Assembly: GCF_009914755.1 (NCBI RefSeq) | Contig: NC_060947.1 | Length of the DNA: 64,000 nt | Source: the human T2T-CHM13v2.0 reference genome, Homo sapiens | Strand: one strand, 5' to 3' | Shown: piece by piece, positions 28,743 through 42,624 of the stretch | Layout: every line of letters starts with the position of its first letter | Position numbering within the stretch: position 1 is the first letter of the stretch | Made by a program: the position numbers and the translations under genes | Notes under the pieces: generated by a model | Seen by the model: only the letters and a program-made list of their open reading frames with translations | The model's database searches: none | What the model was told of the DNA's origin: nothing

Positions 28743-30599
28743 ATGGCATTAGTTTACATGTATTTGTTTAATCTACCTGTTCTATTAACATTTTAAAACT
28801 ATTACAATGGAATAATAAAAGGTCCATCCTGCAAAAATATTCCTTCAAAACTGATTTGACTCAATTGCAAAAACACCTGCAGTCCATATCCTCAAGGTGT
28901 TTTGGCAGGCTCTTTAGGACACTTTAAAAGAGAAACATGGAAGTTGCTTAATTCTACAATTAAATAGCGATGATCTCACATCTCTTTTTGTAGATTCTTG
29001 ATTTTTCTGAATGAATGTGTCTTTATTTTTCTCATTATTTTTGTTAAAGCCTCAAAACTTTTCATGGACACCAATGTTGGATCACATGAGACAAGTGGAG
29101 AGGTAAAAAATTAGTGAATGGAAAAGTTGGTGGTGCCACTGATTTCCATAAAGAAGCTCTAACACAAATTATTTTGGAGGCTTACTCTCATTTAGTATTT
29201 ACCATTGCTGCTTAGGGAATCTTGACTCCAAATGTACCCCATAGATACCACACACACACGTCTGAACAAAATTCTCAGGGACTGACACTATATATATATA
29301 TAAAATAATTTTGAAGATTTATTGAGTATTTCATATGATCCCATTAGATAAATGGCAACAGCTTAGTGCCTCCCAAAATGCGGGCCCAGGAACTCTGGTT
29401 CATATCTCAAATTCATTGGAGCAGAAATTTTTTGTAACGGTGTAAATACCTAGCATATTTCTATCCCTTAGTAATTTGCAAATAATATACAGTTCTGAGT
29501 TGCAGTAATATCCATCTCCATCACACCCTTTCTTTTGGAACTCCAGCACCTTCTAAAGTAATTTCAAATTATCTTTTTCTTATTACTTCTCAATATCCTT
29601 TGTGGTGGATTATGTAGATCACCTAAACACTTCATATAGGAAACAATCTTCAAGGAAACTGAAGGTAACTCGATGTATAAAAGCTTTTTTACTCTTTAGA
29701 GAAGAACAATAGCTGCTTATTTCCACAAATAAACAATCATATTCAATTCATTTTTCTACAATGAAATCCATTGGGGTTTTGTAAATTTTATAGTAATTTT
29801 AGCATTAAAGTACTTATGCAAAATGTAATATCAAATTTAATACAGTATCTTGAAAAGTAATAGGCTTTAAATATGGTCTTATACAACCAAAGATATAACT
29901 TTCTTCTAGAGTTTCCAAATAGCAAGTATTAATCATAGCTTTCTACTGCCATTCGTCTTCAGCATTAGCTTAGTGAAATCAACACTGTATCTGTAACCTC
30001 CTCAAGTTTCATGTATAACAACTGGAAGCAGTAGCATTTCTACTGCTTACTACTGGAGACTCATTTTCAATTATGCTAAAGACTAGACTGAAAAGGAGCT
30101 AATCAAATTAACATAACATATTCAACAAAGATACACACCCTTTAGTGACTTAATCGCAGAGGTGGATACAGAGGTTAACAATGATTGTCGGGACTTGTAC
30201 CAAATATTTTGCTGTGGTGGGCAAATGATAACTATGCCAAAGGCAGCAGACTGTATTAGAAAGATCTGTATATAAGGGTTCTAAAAGGAAGCTCTAGACC
30301 CAACTTTATGACAAAATAGCATTCCTTTATTTCATATCTGTAAAGTGGGGAAATACCTACTATCATTATTTTTATGAATCTCACAGGGTTGTCATGGCTA
30401 GCACATGAGAATAATTAGACTGGAAGTTTTAAAAAATACAAGTACCAGAGGAAAACTTCTGGTATAGGTTAAAGTTGTCAGCTTTCTTAAATACTACTAC
30501 AAATAATAATTAGTAATATTATTTAATACTATACTTAGTTAATATTAATTATAACTAATCATTATTTTTATCAAAATTAAAAGAACTAGAAAGAAGATA

Positions 30600-30800
30600 C
30601 AGGTACTCTTTTAAGCAACTTTCATCCATAATCACATTTAATCCTCAAAAATGTTATAATATGTTTCCTTATTTTACAGATGAGGAAACAGAAGCACAGA
30701 GAGGTTAACTAATTTCACCAAGATCACACAGCTAGTGGAGCTAGAATTTAAATCCGAAAGTTCTGGCTCCAGAGCCTGTACTCTTAATTTCTTTGCTATG
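30600..30800 (-). mobile_element. MIR SINE
   Basis: attttacagatgaggaaacagaagcacagagaggttaac...aagatcacacagctagt. Confidence 0.8.
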
Positions 30801-31844
30801 TGGCAGTCACAGAATCTCTGAAATAAGGTTCAAAGGAAGCTGGAGGAATCACTGTAGGAAACTCAAGTAAGACTTTCAGGTGCAGTTTGGAAAGAGACTA
30901 AGAAGACTTTAGATCCTACAGAGCATCTGAAAAAGTATTTGGCCTTGCTTATATAACAAAGAAAATAAGCTTCTTGGATAAGAATGGCATAACGAGGCCC
31001 AGAAAAAAGGGAATCTATATCCAGTTTCATTCATAGCATCCTAAGATCCTAAGATGCTATGAATGAAACCAGAAAAGCTATGAAGACATGGCTGCTCTGC
31101 AAGGTTATTAGGTGTCAGTCTATAACACAATTCCCCCTACCTACCCTATTTCTCACTTACTACATAACCAGATGAAAGAGGGCTAGAATTGACTTGATGT
31201 TGTTGGGTCAATGTGTAATCAGTTTGATACAGATCTCCACGCCATTCCAGGCCACAAGCAGGAAATTTGCTGACTTCCTCAGCCTCCCTACCAGCAAATA
31301 TTCAGGAAGAACATAGCACAAATAGAACTGTAATTTTCTCCTTTGTGATTCCCTCTTCTAATATCCATATTTTCATATTCACCTACATGGCATAGTACAA
31401 TGTAATTGCAAATGGGTTGCTACCATAGAGAGTAGGGTTGGCATAATGTAGCAGAAAGGACATTGAACTTGGAGTCAGGAAGTCTGAGCTTGGGCCCATT
31501 GTGTCACGTACTGTATGCCATTGGATAAATCAGTTAACTTCCCTTCCTTTTTCATACTAAAGATTAAATGCCCTTTCTCCCTCAGAGTGCTGGCAGATGA
31601 CTCAAATAAAAGAATACACATGAAAAGGCCATGTAAACCGTAAGGCATTTTATACAGTTATGATTACTAATACCTTTTGTGATTGTAAATGTATCAAAAC
31701 TAGGCTGTCTGTTGTTTTGAGAAAATATCATTCAGGGAGTCAATGTTTATGCCAGATGTTGTGGGCCATACCAGAATAACTAAGTACTAGATCAAATTAC
31801 TGAACTTGTTGCTTTGTTTTTGTTGTTGATATGTTTACTGTTTG

Positions 31845-32338
31845 TTTTTCTAAATAGCATTATTGAGTTTAATTTTCATAAATACAATTCACCCATTTTA
31901 AGTGTAAAATTCAATGATTCGGGGTTCATTTACAGAGTTGTGAAACCGTTACCACCATCCATATTTGAAACATTTCCATCACCCTAAAAATAATTCCTAA
32001 ATCTAGTAAGCAGTCATTCCCAATATCCCTTCTTTCCCAACCCCTGGCGACCACTAATCTACTTTCTGTCTCTATGAATCTGCCTGTTATGGACATTTTC
32101 TGTAAATTAAATTAAGTCATACAATATATGGTCTCTTCCACTTGGCTTCTTTCACAATGCTCTTGAGGTTTATCCATATTGTAGTGTGTATCAGTATTTC
32201 ATGTCCTTTTAAATTTCTGAATATATTCCTTTTTACATGTTGTGTTATTCTGCCCCTTTCTCTGTCACCTTCTGGGACTCACATTATGCATGTGTTGATA
32301 TGCTTGATGTTGTCCCACACATCTTTGAGGCTCTGTTT

Positions 32339-32418
<80 letters not shown>

Positions 32419-33770
32419 TTTTCCTCTCTGTTTTTCAGATTGGATAATATCTACAGATCAATCTTCAAGTCAGCTGATTGTTTCTTTTGCCATATTCGAT
32501 CTGCTTTTGAGTCTCTCTAGTGAATTTTTCATTTAAATTATGATACTTTTGAATCCTAGAATTTCCAGTTAAGTCTTTTCATAATTTCTACTTCTTTCTT
32601 GAAAATCAACAATTTGGTCATTTTTGTCATACTTTCCATTAAGCCTTTATTGATGGTTTATTTTACTAGTCTGAACATATGTATAATAGTTGCTTTGAAG
32701 ATTTGTCTGCTAATTGCAAAAGCTGGAGACACTCAGCGACAGTTTATATTGACTTTTTTGTGGTTTTACTGAGGATGAGTTATACTCTTCTGTTTATTTG
32801 CATATATCATAGTGTTTTTTAATGTTGAAAACTGGACATTTTAGATAATATAGTATAGCAGCTCTGGATTCTGATTTTTTCTCCCTGAAGGTTATTGTTA
32901 CATTTTGTCCATTAGTTTCTTTATGTAGTCACTTGCCTGGGCTATATCTGTGAAATATGTCACTCTATGGTATGTAGCTGCTGATTTCCTTTGTCAATTT
33001 TTCTGTCACATTCTTTTTAAGTCTGGTTTCCTACGGGTCACTCCTGTGTCCTTGTAGCATTGTGGCTGGTCAATGATTGCGCAGAGGTTGTGCTCACCCA
33101 TCTTGAGCAGGTATGTGTTCTATTCTCCGACAATGGATCTGTGTGTGGGAATGAGAGCTCACTCAATGTTGATGCCATCTTCATATTTGCCCTGCAGCTT
33201 TTATTATCCACAGGGCTTTTCATGTCTCCACTGTGTTGACTAGCAGTGTGTGGCTGGCTTAAGCCCTCTCAGGTAGTTCTCCATTGTCTGCTGCACATAA
33301 GCTCAGCCTCAGTCAGAAACATGCTTTTCCCAGTCACAACCACAACCTCAGGTTAGCAGAACTGCTAGCCTTCCCCACCGGCCCAAGTTTGAGACTGTAA
33401 CATCTACCAACAATGGCACTGGGTGTGGGCATCATTCACCTCTTCACAAGTGAACCATTTTCAACCATGCCAATGCAGCTACAATTCTTACAGCCTGCCC
33501 CACCACAGCAGAACCTTGGCATTGGCCAAGCTCAGAGTTGAAGGTGGGGATCATGAGCAGTCCCAGGCCTAATCATCATAGATTCCCACTTTTATTACCC
33601 ACAGTCCAATAGTTTATTGAAATACAAATGCTTCTTGGATTGTTGTAGGCCTTTGGTTGATTTCCGGGTACTTAAGTGTCATTTTTGTCAATTCGTTGAG
33701 CTTCATAATTGTTTTGGGGAAGGTCATTGTAGATTATCTCATTAGACTACAGTCAGAAGTTCTGCCCAAA
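31845..33770 (-). mobile_element. Old L1M fragments (a 3' end, then a 5'/ORF1-like region)
   Basis: aatacaattcacccattttaagtgta...accactaatctactttctgtctctatga (antisense L1M 3'UTR); ccttctgggactcacattatgcatgtgttg and atcttcaagtcagctgatt motifs. Confidence 0.7.
32340..32415. repeat. Compound (TG)n(GA)n microsatellite
   Basis: Direct reading. Confidence 0.95.
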
Positions 33771-33799
33771 TAACTGATGTTTTAATGGCAGGATTTTAT

Positions 33800-34018
33800 A
33801 GAAGTGCTATACATTGGGGATTTTTTTGCTTAAGATTTCAAAGACTTAGTAAAAAAATGTAAAATGTTTCATTAATAATTTTATTTTGATTATATATTGT
33901 TATAATATTTTGAATATTCTGTTAAGTAAAATATATTTTTTAAATTAATTTCATGTGACTTCTAGAAAATTTTAAATTACATATAGGTCTCAGATTGTAT
34001 TTCCATTAGGCAGCAGTA
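33800..34018. mobile_element. MER33/MER3-like hAT-Charlie element
   Basis: gatttcaaagacttagtaaaaaaatgtaaa...atgtgacttctagaaaattttaaattacatat...ggcagca. Confidence 0.65.
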
Positions 34019-34481
34019 AACTAGGTCTCATAGCCAGCTTACAGGAAGTACTGGAGATGGAGAAACATATCAAATAATGCAGTGGGGATAGAAATAGCAA
34101 AATACAGAATGTGAGAAAATCCATAGGAAAAAATGGCCGAGTTTTTAAACAAATAATTGAAAAGAAAAAATAAAAGAAGGAAGGGAAATATGAGGATCAT
34201 AAAAGAGATTTAAGAGACATACTAACAAATTGTAATGTGTGCATCTTCTTTGGGTTTTCATTTCAACAAAGAAATGAAAATACTATACACATATTTATGA
34301 GATCATTTGGGGAAATGGGAATGTACAGGATATCTAAAGATATTAAAGATTTATTGTTCATTTTTAATGTGCAATATGGTATTGTAGTTAGGTTAAAGAA
34401 AGTTTTTATACCTTGTTATCACATGCTAAAGTTTTATGGATGAAATTATATCTTGGATTTACTTCAAAAATTCATGGAAGA

Positions 34482-34612
34482 GGCTGGGCTTGGTGGCTCA
34501 CACTTATAATCCTAGCACTTTGGGATGCCAAGATGGAAGGATCGCTTGAAGCCAGGAGTTTGAGACCAGCCTGGCCAAGATAGCAAGACCCCATCTTTAA
34601 TAATAAAAAAAA
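34482..34612 (+). mobile_element. Free left Alu monomer (FLAM_C-like) inside an old L1M 3'UTR
   Basis: Single ~130-bp monomer; imperfect TSD aaaaattcatggaaga / aaaaagtcatggagga. Confidence 0.85.
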
Positions 34613-34742
34613 GTCATGGAGGAAAGAAAGGGGAGTTGAGTGGCTTGTAGGTGCAGCAATATGGTTTATGAGTTGAAAATCATCCAAGTTATATGACTGA
34701 TAAGCGCTGGGTTCATCTAATTGTGTGCTTTACTTTGGTATA

Positions 34743-34893
34743 CAGATGCTCTTTAACATATAATGGGGTTAACTCACGATAAACCCATCATCTGTCAAAA
34801 ATACCATAAGTCGAAAATGCATTTAATACCCTGATAAACCCATTGTAAAGCTGAAAAATGTAAGTTTAAAGGTCATAAGCCAAGGGCCACTTG
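34743..34893. mobile_element. MER47-like TcMar-Tigger MITE
   Basis: cagatgctc...atggggtta...gataaacccatc...taagtcgaaaatgcatttaatac; TA dinucleotides on both flanks. Confidence 0.7.
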
Positions 34894-36250
34894 TATATTT
34901 TAAAATATAGAAAATAAAAAGTTAAAATAGTTTTGGATAGTATCTGATGATGTAGGAAAACACTAGAAAACAATTTTAAATAAAAAATATGATAAATTTA
35001 ATAATGAAAATTATGTATTTAATAATGAAACTAAATTTAAAAATGAAAAAATGTTAATATTAGTTTCATAGGAAGAAGGGGTTAACTTTCTATTAAATTC
35101 TCTATAATAAACTGTTTAGAATTTGTGATCAGAAAAATAGAAAAATCCCTCACAGACAGGGCTTATTGCCAATCATTTGAAAAAAAATACTGAAGAGAAA
35201 TGCACCAAAATATTTAAATAGCAATAATCTTTGTGTTGGGTGATTATGAATGATTTTTATTTTCTTTACATTTTTCCTATTCTCCACATTGAAGATGTAT
35301 TGTTTTTTATCATAAAATAGCAATTATAAAAGTTTTGGATGGAAAATTTGAAATTTGTACTTTCCTCTCTGTTCTTCCTATCCATGTTCATATAGATGTG
35401 TGGTATTCAGCCATTCATTAGAAAGTATATATTAATAGTACCTTGTACTTTGCAAAGCACTTTAGACTTTTTCCAATATTGAACTTTCACACACAATATT
35501 ATAATTTATATGCCTGATACCCCGCTGACATAGCAGATCAGAAAAATATTATTACTCTGACTTTCAGATGAGAAAACAGAGGCTCAGATATTTGCCAAAG
35601 GTCACAAAGCAAGGCAATAGCAGACCTTGGGCAAAAACCCCGGTTTTATTACTCCTATTCTGGCACTCTTTTCACTATATCATGTTGCCTCCCATAAAGA
35701 GTATCAAACTCTAGATACTACCCATTTATCAAATAACTAACTTAAGCCCAACTGAATTCAAGTTAGTTACATCAATTAAATGTACTATCCATTTTACTTA
35801 ACTGCACCCGAGAGCCATGTGCAGGAAAGAGGCACTCAGATGAAATAACAGGGAGGAAGCAGTAGAATTTTGTGACATATGGCATGCTTGTTGGTGGAAT
35901 CAAAGGTATGTTTCATGCCAGCTTTTTGTCTGCAAAGTGTCTTTCATTCCACTAAGAGGTATACCCCATGCCAGGAAATGCACAACCTCCTAGCCCTTTC
36001 TTTTGAAATCTAAACCCATGGGAGCGTGGACTTGGCATGACTTAATGGAACACTGAATGCAATATGTTTGACCCATTTGTGGGTACAAACTCTCCAGATT
36101 ATCTACTGTGAAGAAGGACTCTAGGTTGTCATCTAGATTCCCTATCAGCCCAGGGAAAGTGGAGATGCCATTGAGTCTTAGGTTTATCCCTGGTTGGAGA
36201 ATATGGTTTTATAATTTCAGAGAATGAAAATAACCTCTGGGAAAGAAAAT

Positions 36251-36692
36251 AAAAGCAAAAACAGGTGCAGCGCACCAGCATGGCACATGTATACATATGT
36301 AACTAACCTGCACAACGTGCACATGTACCCTAAAACTTAGAGTATAATAAAAAAAAAAAAAAAAAAAAAATGCAGGAAATGAGAGAATGTCTGCCCCAGA
36401 CATAGCAGCGTGTGGTAGCGTGATTTTGTCTAAGGTGAATACTGGGTTCATACCATTTTAAGCATTTTTTTTTCTTTAAGCTTCTCTCTCTCATTAGAAG
36501 CCCATTTTCTCTACGTGTAAAACAATGGAAGTATTGCCCGAAAAGGTAAAGTGTTGTGCATCTACGTGCTAACTTTTCCAGAGTTAACTCTAAAAAAATG
36601 TACTAAGTAGTTTTTGAAATTAGACTCCACTATGCATCTTAATACATAAAAGAAAATGTGAAAAAAAAAAAAAAAAAAAAAGCAAAAACAGG
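36251..36692 (+). mobile_element. Severely 5'-truncated L1Hs with ~290-bp 3' transduction
   Basis: TSD (36251-36265), ~85-bp L1 3' end, A22, non-L1 segment 36371-36660, second poly(A), TSD (36678-36692). Confidence 0.92.
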
Positions 36693-37959
36693 AAGCAACC
36701 AAGTGAACTAAAAATGTTCCACAAAAGCAACTAAGTTCTCCTATGCAGAATAATATCTTTGCACTTTTTACCCTAGGGGGTTGTAAACCAACCCCTCCAG
36801 CTGACCCTAGTTTAGCCCAAAAGATCTAATCTTCGCAAGAGTGTCTACCTCTTATCCAGCAGGGAAGGGAGATGCCAGAGAGCAGGGCACCATGGGGTAT
36901 TTGAAGAAGACATCTCTGTAGATTTTTAATGATATAAAATTTACTTTGCTGCTACAAGAACCTTTGCTACCAGCTCAATAGACACTCTCAGGAAAAATAC
37001 TAACTTAGAATGAAAACCTCATATTTAAGTGAGAGGTGAACTTTGTGAGAGACATGGGCCTTTTATTTTAGAAATATCACTGTCATTTCAGATGACTTGG
37101 TCCTCCAGTTGATATTCTCAATCTTATTCATTTAGTAAATCTTGCCTTACATGCCAATGACTCCTACTAGGAAGTTGGTTTGTATGAGGGAAGAAATATT
37201 TTTTACTTCATTCTAATTGCAGATGTTTAGTTGGCTAAAAGGAGTATCAGTCCCTAAACACTTCTATTACAGAAGAATGAGAAGCAGAATATTGGAGAAA
37301 TCTTTTGAGTCCAGAGTGAGCTCGGTTCTACTACCAGTTCCTCCATTCACTTAACCTCATGTTTCCTCTTCTAGAATAACAATATCTACCTTGCAATGTT
37401 GATGTGAGAATTAACAAAAACACATGTTGTATGTCTTTTGTAGCAAAAAGTTTGAAAGTACATATATCACCAAAGTATTAACAATGGTCAGATAGTAGAA
37501 TTCTTAGGTAGATTATTAGATGGTGGCACTAAAGGTAGTTTTTTTATTGTTCTCTTTTTACTGTCTTTTTTTTTTAGACAATGAACACATTCTAACATTG
37601 CAATGAAAAAGAAATACACATACTATTTTAAAGTAATCTATGTTAAGTTCCTACTCTAGTGTGGAGCACACAATAAGCACTCACTTCCTCATTGTTCGCT
37701 GCCATTGTTGCGATCATTAACATTATCATCCTCTTCTTCCTATTGTTGGTGAGAAAACAGAGGCTTAGAGAGAATAAGTAGCTTACTTAATTCCATATAT
37801 CTTGGAAGTAAATAAAGTGACTAGCACGCTGCTTGAAGTATACCATATATAGACACATTTCTTGAATCATGAATAAGTTGATCTGGTAGAGAAAGTGACC
37901 AACCCAAACTTGGCCAACACATAATAGGCCCTCACTGAATCAGACTCCTGAAACCGTAA

Positions 37960-38304
<345 letters not shown>

Positions 38305-40957
38305 AATAAGTGATATGAAGATTTGAAGGACAGATATATAATCACATTAAAATAAAAGAAGGAATTTCCAATAATAAAAAGTAAATAACAATGCTATTCA
38401 ATAATAATTTACTAATTATCATAGGTTATAACCAATAACCAGAAAAGGTTTTGTCTGATATCACCACCTTCAGTCTCTCTCACAATCATGCATGTATGCA
38501 TGTGTGTGCACGCATATACATACACATACAAGAAATCCCTTTCTCTTACCTCTTCAGAATTATCAGTGGCTTCTTGTTGCTTCCAGACTGAATAAAATAT
38601 TCTAGTATAGTGCCTTCCCTTTATTACCACTCCAAATCTATTCTTCTCTTTCATCCAAGGTTACTTGATCTGTCTACATCCTTTTCTCTCATGTCTTTTC
38701 TAGATGTCTACCTGTCAACACTTTATTCAAGATGATTAATGATTAATGACTAATTGGGACGAAACGGGTTATCTCTCCCAGAACAAGTTAATTTTTTACA
38801 GAGGTCATCTGGAAATTCAGCGTCTTTGTCTAAAGGTATTAATTTTTAGTTTTGAACTTTTAGGTCCCATAGTAGACCATTAAGGAAGATATCTTCTGAC
38901 TGGAGAGTGCTTTCCTTTGTTCTCCCAAAGTCAAAGTGATTCCAGCAATCACTGATTTTATGGGGTTGAGTTCTTACTGAGCCTGATTCTTTGACCTTCA
39001 GGGCAGAGACAGAATTGGCCTAAATCTTTATGGAATGGCTTCTGTGGATTTAACATTAAGTGAAGAGAATTGAGCTCATTTCTAGATAGAAGCTAACAAT
39101 GATAAATTCTCTCTCCTCCTCAGCCTTGGATAGAATCAGTGTTATATCACTGGTAGCTGGAACATGTGATTAACACTATTGAATAGAATAAGAATTTGGA
39201 ATTTCCTATTAATTGTAGTATTCATGTCCTTATATATAAAATTCCTCTAATAGGTTTCACTGATACAAAGCTAGGGCTCCTTCCCACTCTGCCAACATTG
39301 TAGGAGTGCTGGAGAAGCTTCTGGCTTCAAGTTGCTAAACAAGAATTGGTATTTCTTGAATTTTCTTGTTCACTGAGTCCTATTTGGTGTTTGTTTCAAA
39401 TATCAAAGGTTAAAAATGTCCGAAGTAACTAACTCTGACCCTTTCGTCGTCAACAAAGCATATGAATTACAGTCAACCCTCAGTGTTCTGGCATTCTGTC
39501 ATCAAGAAATATCTATTGACTGGGGATTCAGCCAATACTCTAATAATTATTGCTAATGATGACCCTGCTTAACAGCACAAACTGGAAGTGCCTTCTGAAG
39601 ATTCAAAGAAAGACTATAATCCATTCACTGTAGTTTTACATTTAACTATAGTTCACTAAATTCTTACTCCTTGGAAGTGATGCAAAGCATACTCTTTGAT
39701 TAAGCAGAGCACCTGATCCTTCAATCTTGCTAAATTTATTTAAAAATACAAAGACACAGATCTTTGAATCACCCTCTAGGCCCACTATAACTTTCTTTGA
39801 TGCAGTGTCACCTTAAAGCACTTATTCCCAGGCAAGTATGACTAACACATGGGTAATATCCACTATGTTGAGCGATAAGTAGTCATTTATATCTTTAGGG
39901 TATCCTGACATCGGAATACACATAAGCTGACAAATGTAGCATGAGCGGTAATCATTTACAAACTACTTGTCACAGAAAATCAACTAGGTGTGGGTTATCT
40001 TTTGGCAGTGGGGTCAGTGTTTTATATAATATGTAACCTGTACCTCAAAGTGCATTTAAGAAAACATTATAAACACTAATCAGCTGCATTTGATTTATAA
40101 ATCAATTTAGAGTTCACAGTTTAAGGGAAAAAAAACTAAAAACAATAGACATGGTCTCTGTGCAATGTAATTAATGTTTGGGAAGCAGTCACTGGGGCAC
40201 AGCATAATGAGGCTGACAAGTCAGTAGCTCTGACATTTCTACACAACATCACGCTCAAACTTCATTTTAAAAACCGGCAAAAATTAAACGTGGCACATCA
40301 ACTGTCGTGAACTGCAGTGCCAGTTGGTGGTGGGGGAGACAAAATCTGGTCATTAAAAGTTTGCAATGTCTAACTGATAAAACGTAAGTTAGAAAGAATG
40401 GTGTACAAGCTGACACACAGGGAAATATAAGGAGAGGTGTTCACTATTATTTATTTGAAATAATAATAGTAATAATAGGTCTATTCGAAATCAGAATTAT
40501 CTTAAGAAATTATTTCATATTCTATTTTCTGTATTCCCTCATCCTTGATCCCAAGACCTTTCAATCAGTAAAAATAAAATATTAAAATATGTAATGGCTT
40601 TGGGAGGGGCTAGACAATGGTATCACAGCATATACACTTGAACTGTTTTCACAAAATTTTCAAGCATGATGATCAAGTTTTCTCCTCTTATTAAAAAATG
40701 AAAGTTGCTACTTTCATATAACAATTAAACTGTATGCTGAGGAAGAAGCTGAAAGACCCTTTAACTCTTTCAAGCATGAAGGCCGCTATCCTAAGGTTTA
40801 GGTAATCATAGAACACTCTCTTTGAGGTGAGCATTTCTTATGAAATACTGGCCATGATTCCCTCTGAATACAGCACAATGTATTGCACAACAACCTTAGA
40901 ACCAATCATATTATTTGCAGCCTTGATTTCTTATAGAAAACTTAATATTTAAAATGA

Positions 40958-41331
<374 letters not shown>

Positions 41332-42086
41332 AGAAGTAGGACTTCTTAAGATGCTATATGACTTTACCCTGGTCACTGGAATTAACTGCATACGCCTGCA
41401 CCACCATTCCTTCACCACATCCTTCACCTATCCCTGGGTTCCTTATACATCCATGGTCTCTGGCGTGCTCGGAGTTTTCCTATGTTTCTGCCAGAATATG
41501 TCTTACCTTTAGCTCTCAATAATTTATTTTTGTATGCTAAATTGAGATCCCATAATAACAATACTAATCACCATACTCAATATGTAAAGAATTCCAATAA
41601 GTTCATGATCACAAAGTCTCTGTGGTTAGCCAAATTATAAAAATATATATGGCTTTCCTCTTTAATTTCAGGTTATAATCTGACTTCTATAAATCTACCC
41701 TAATTAAGTAATACAAAATACGGGGAAAAGTTACATATATGAATATGTTCATCTCAGCCTTGTTTCAGAGAATTGAAAAATAGGAAAAATCTATTGGGTC
41801 AAAGTAGGGAAATAGTTATATGTTATTACAGCCACTAAACTGAATATTATGTCATCACTTAAAGTGAAGGCAAAGAAAAATATGTAGAAACTTGAAAACA
41901 TGTTTATGATACAATGATAAGTAAAGAAAAAATAAATAAACTATAGTTTAAAACTAAGTTGAAACAAATCTGTGTGTTAAAAGGACCAAATAGAAACACA
42001 CAAGAAAGGACCAAGTGAAAATACAGTATAATGAGACCAGTTAAGATGTTGACACTATGGATGACATATATTGACCACATGTTCTG

Positions 42087-42091
<5 letters not shown>

Positions 42092-42132
<41 letters not shown>
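42092..42132. repeat. (TG)n microsatellite
   Basis: Direct reading. Confidence 0.95.
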
Positions 42133-42134
<2 letters not shown>

Positions 42135-42624
42135 TTACAAAATTTTTTACCTTTAAAATGTGGTTTGGGACTATCTTCAAATCCAGCTGAGATTTTATGC
42201 TTCTTAGCTACTTTAACGTTTCACTCCTCAGGATTTTAGAACACATCTAAACCTTGAACTCTAGATTATTAAGTCAAGCATTTACATTGATACCTGGTTC
42301 TTACTTGTTCTTCAAATAATCTGAATATTACTGCATTTTACCAGAGTTGAAAGGTGTTAGGTATTTTTGGAGTCAAGTACAAGATAATAGATTGCTTCTT
42401 ATTGGTAACAAAAATCAGTAAATAAAATAAAAGTAGTTTATACACAAAAAAGGTATTAAGCCTTTTGTAGTAATTCGGGAAAGACAGAGCAGTGATTATA
42501 GAGGGGAGAGAGAAATAAATACCTTGAGATTAAGAAGTGCTGGCTATGGAAACTAAAATAGGATACATTCATAGTTATACATTATTCAGGCTTGACCAAT
42601 TTCTAACTACCACCAAATAAAGTG

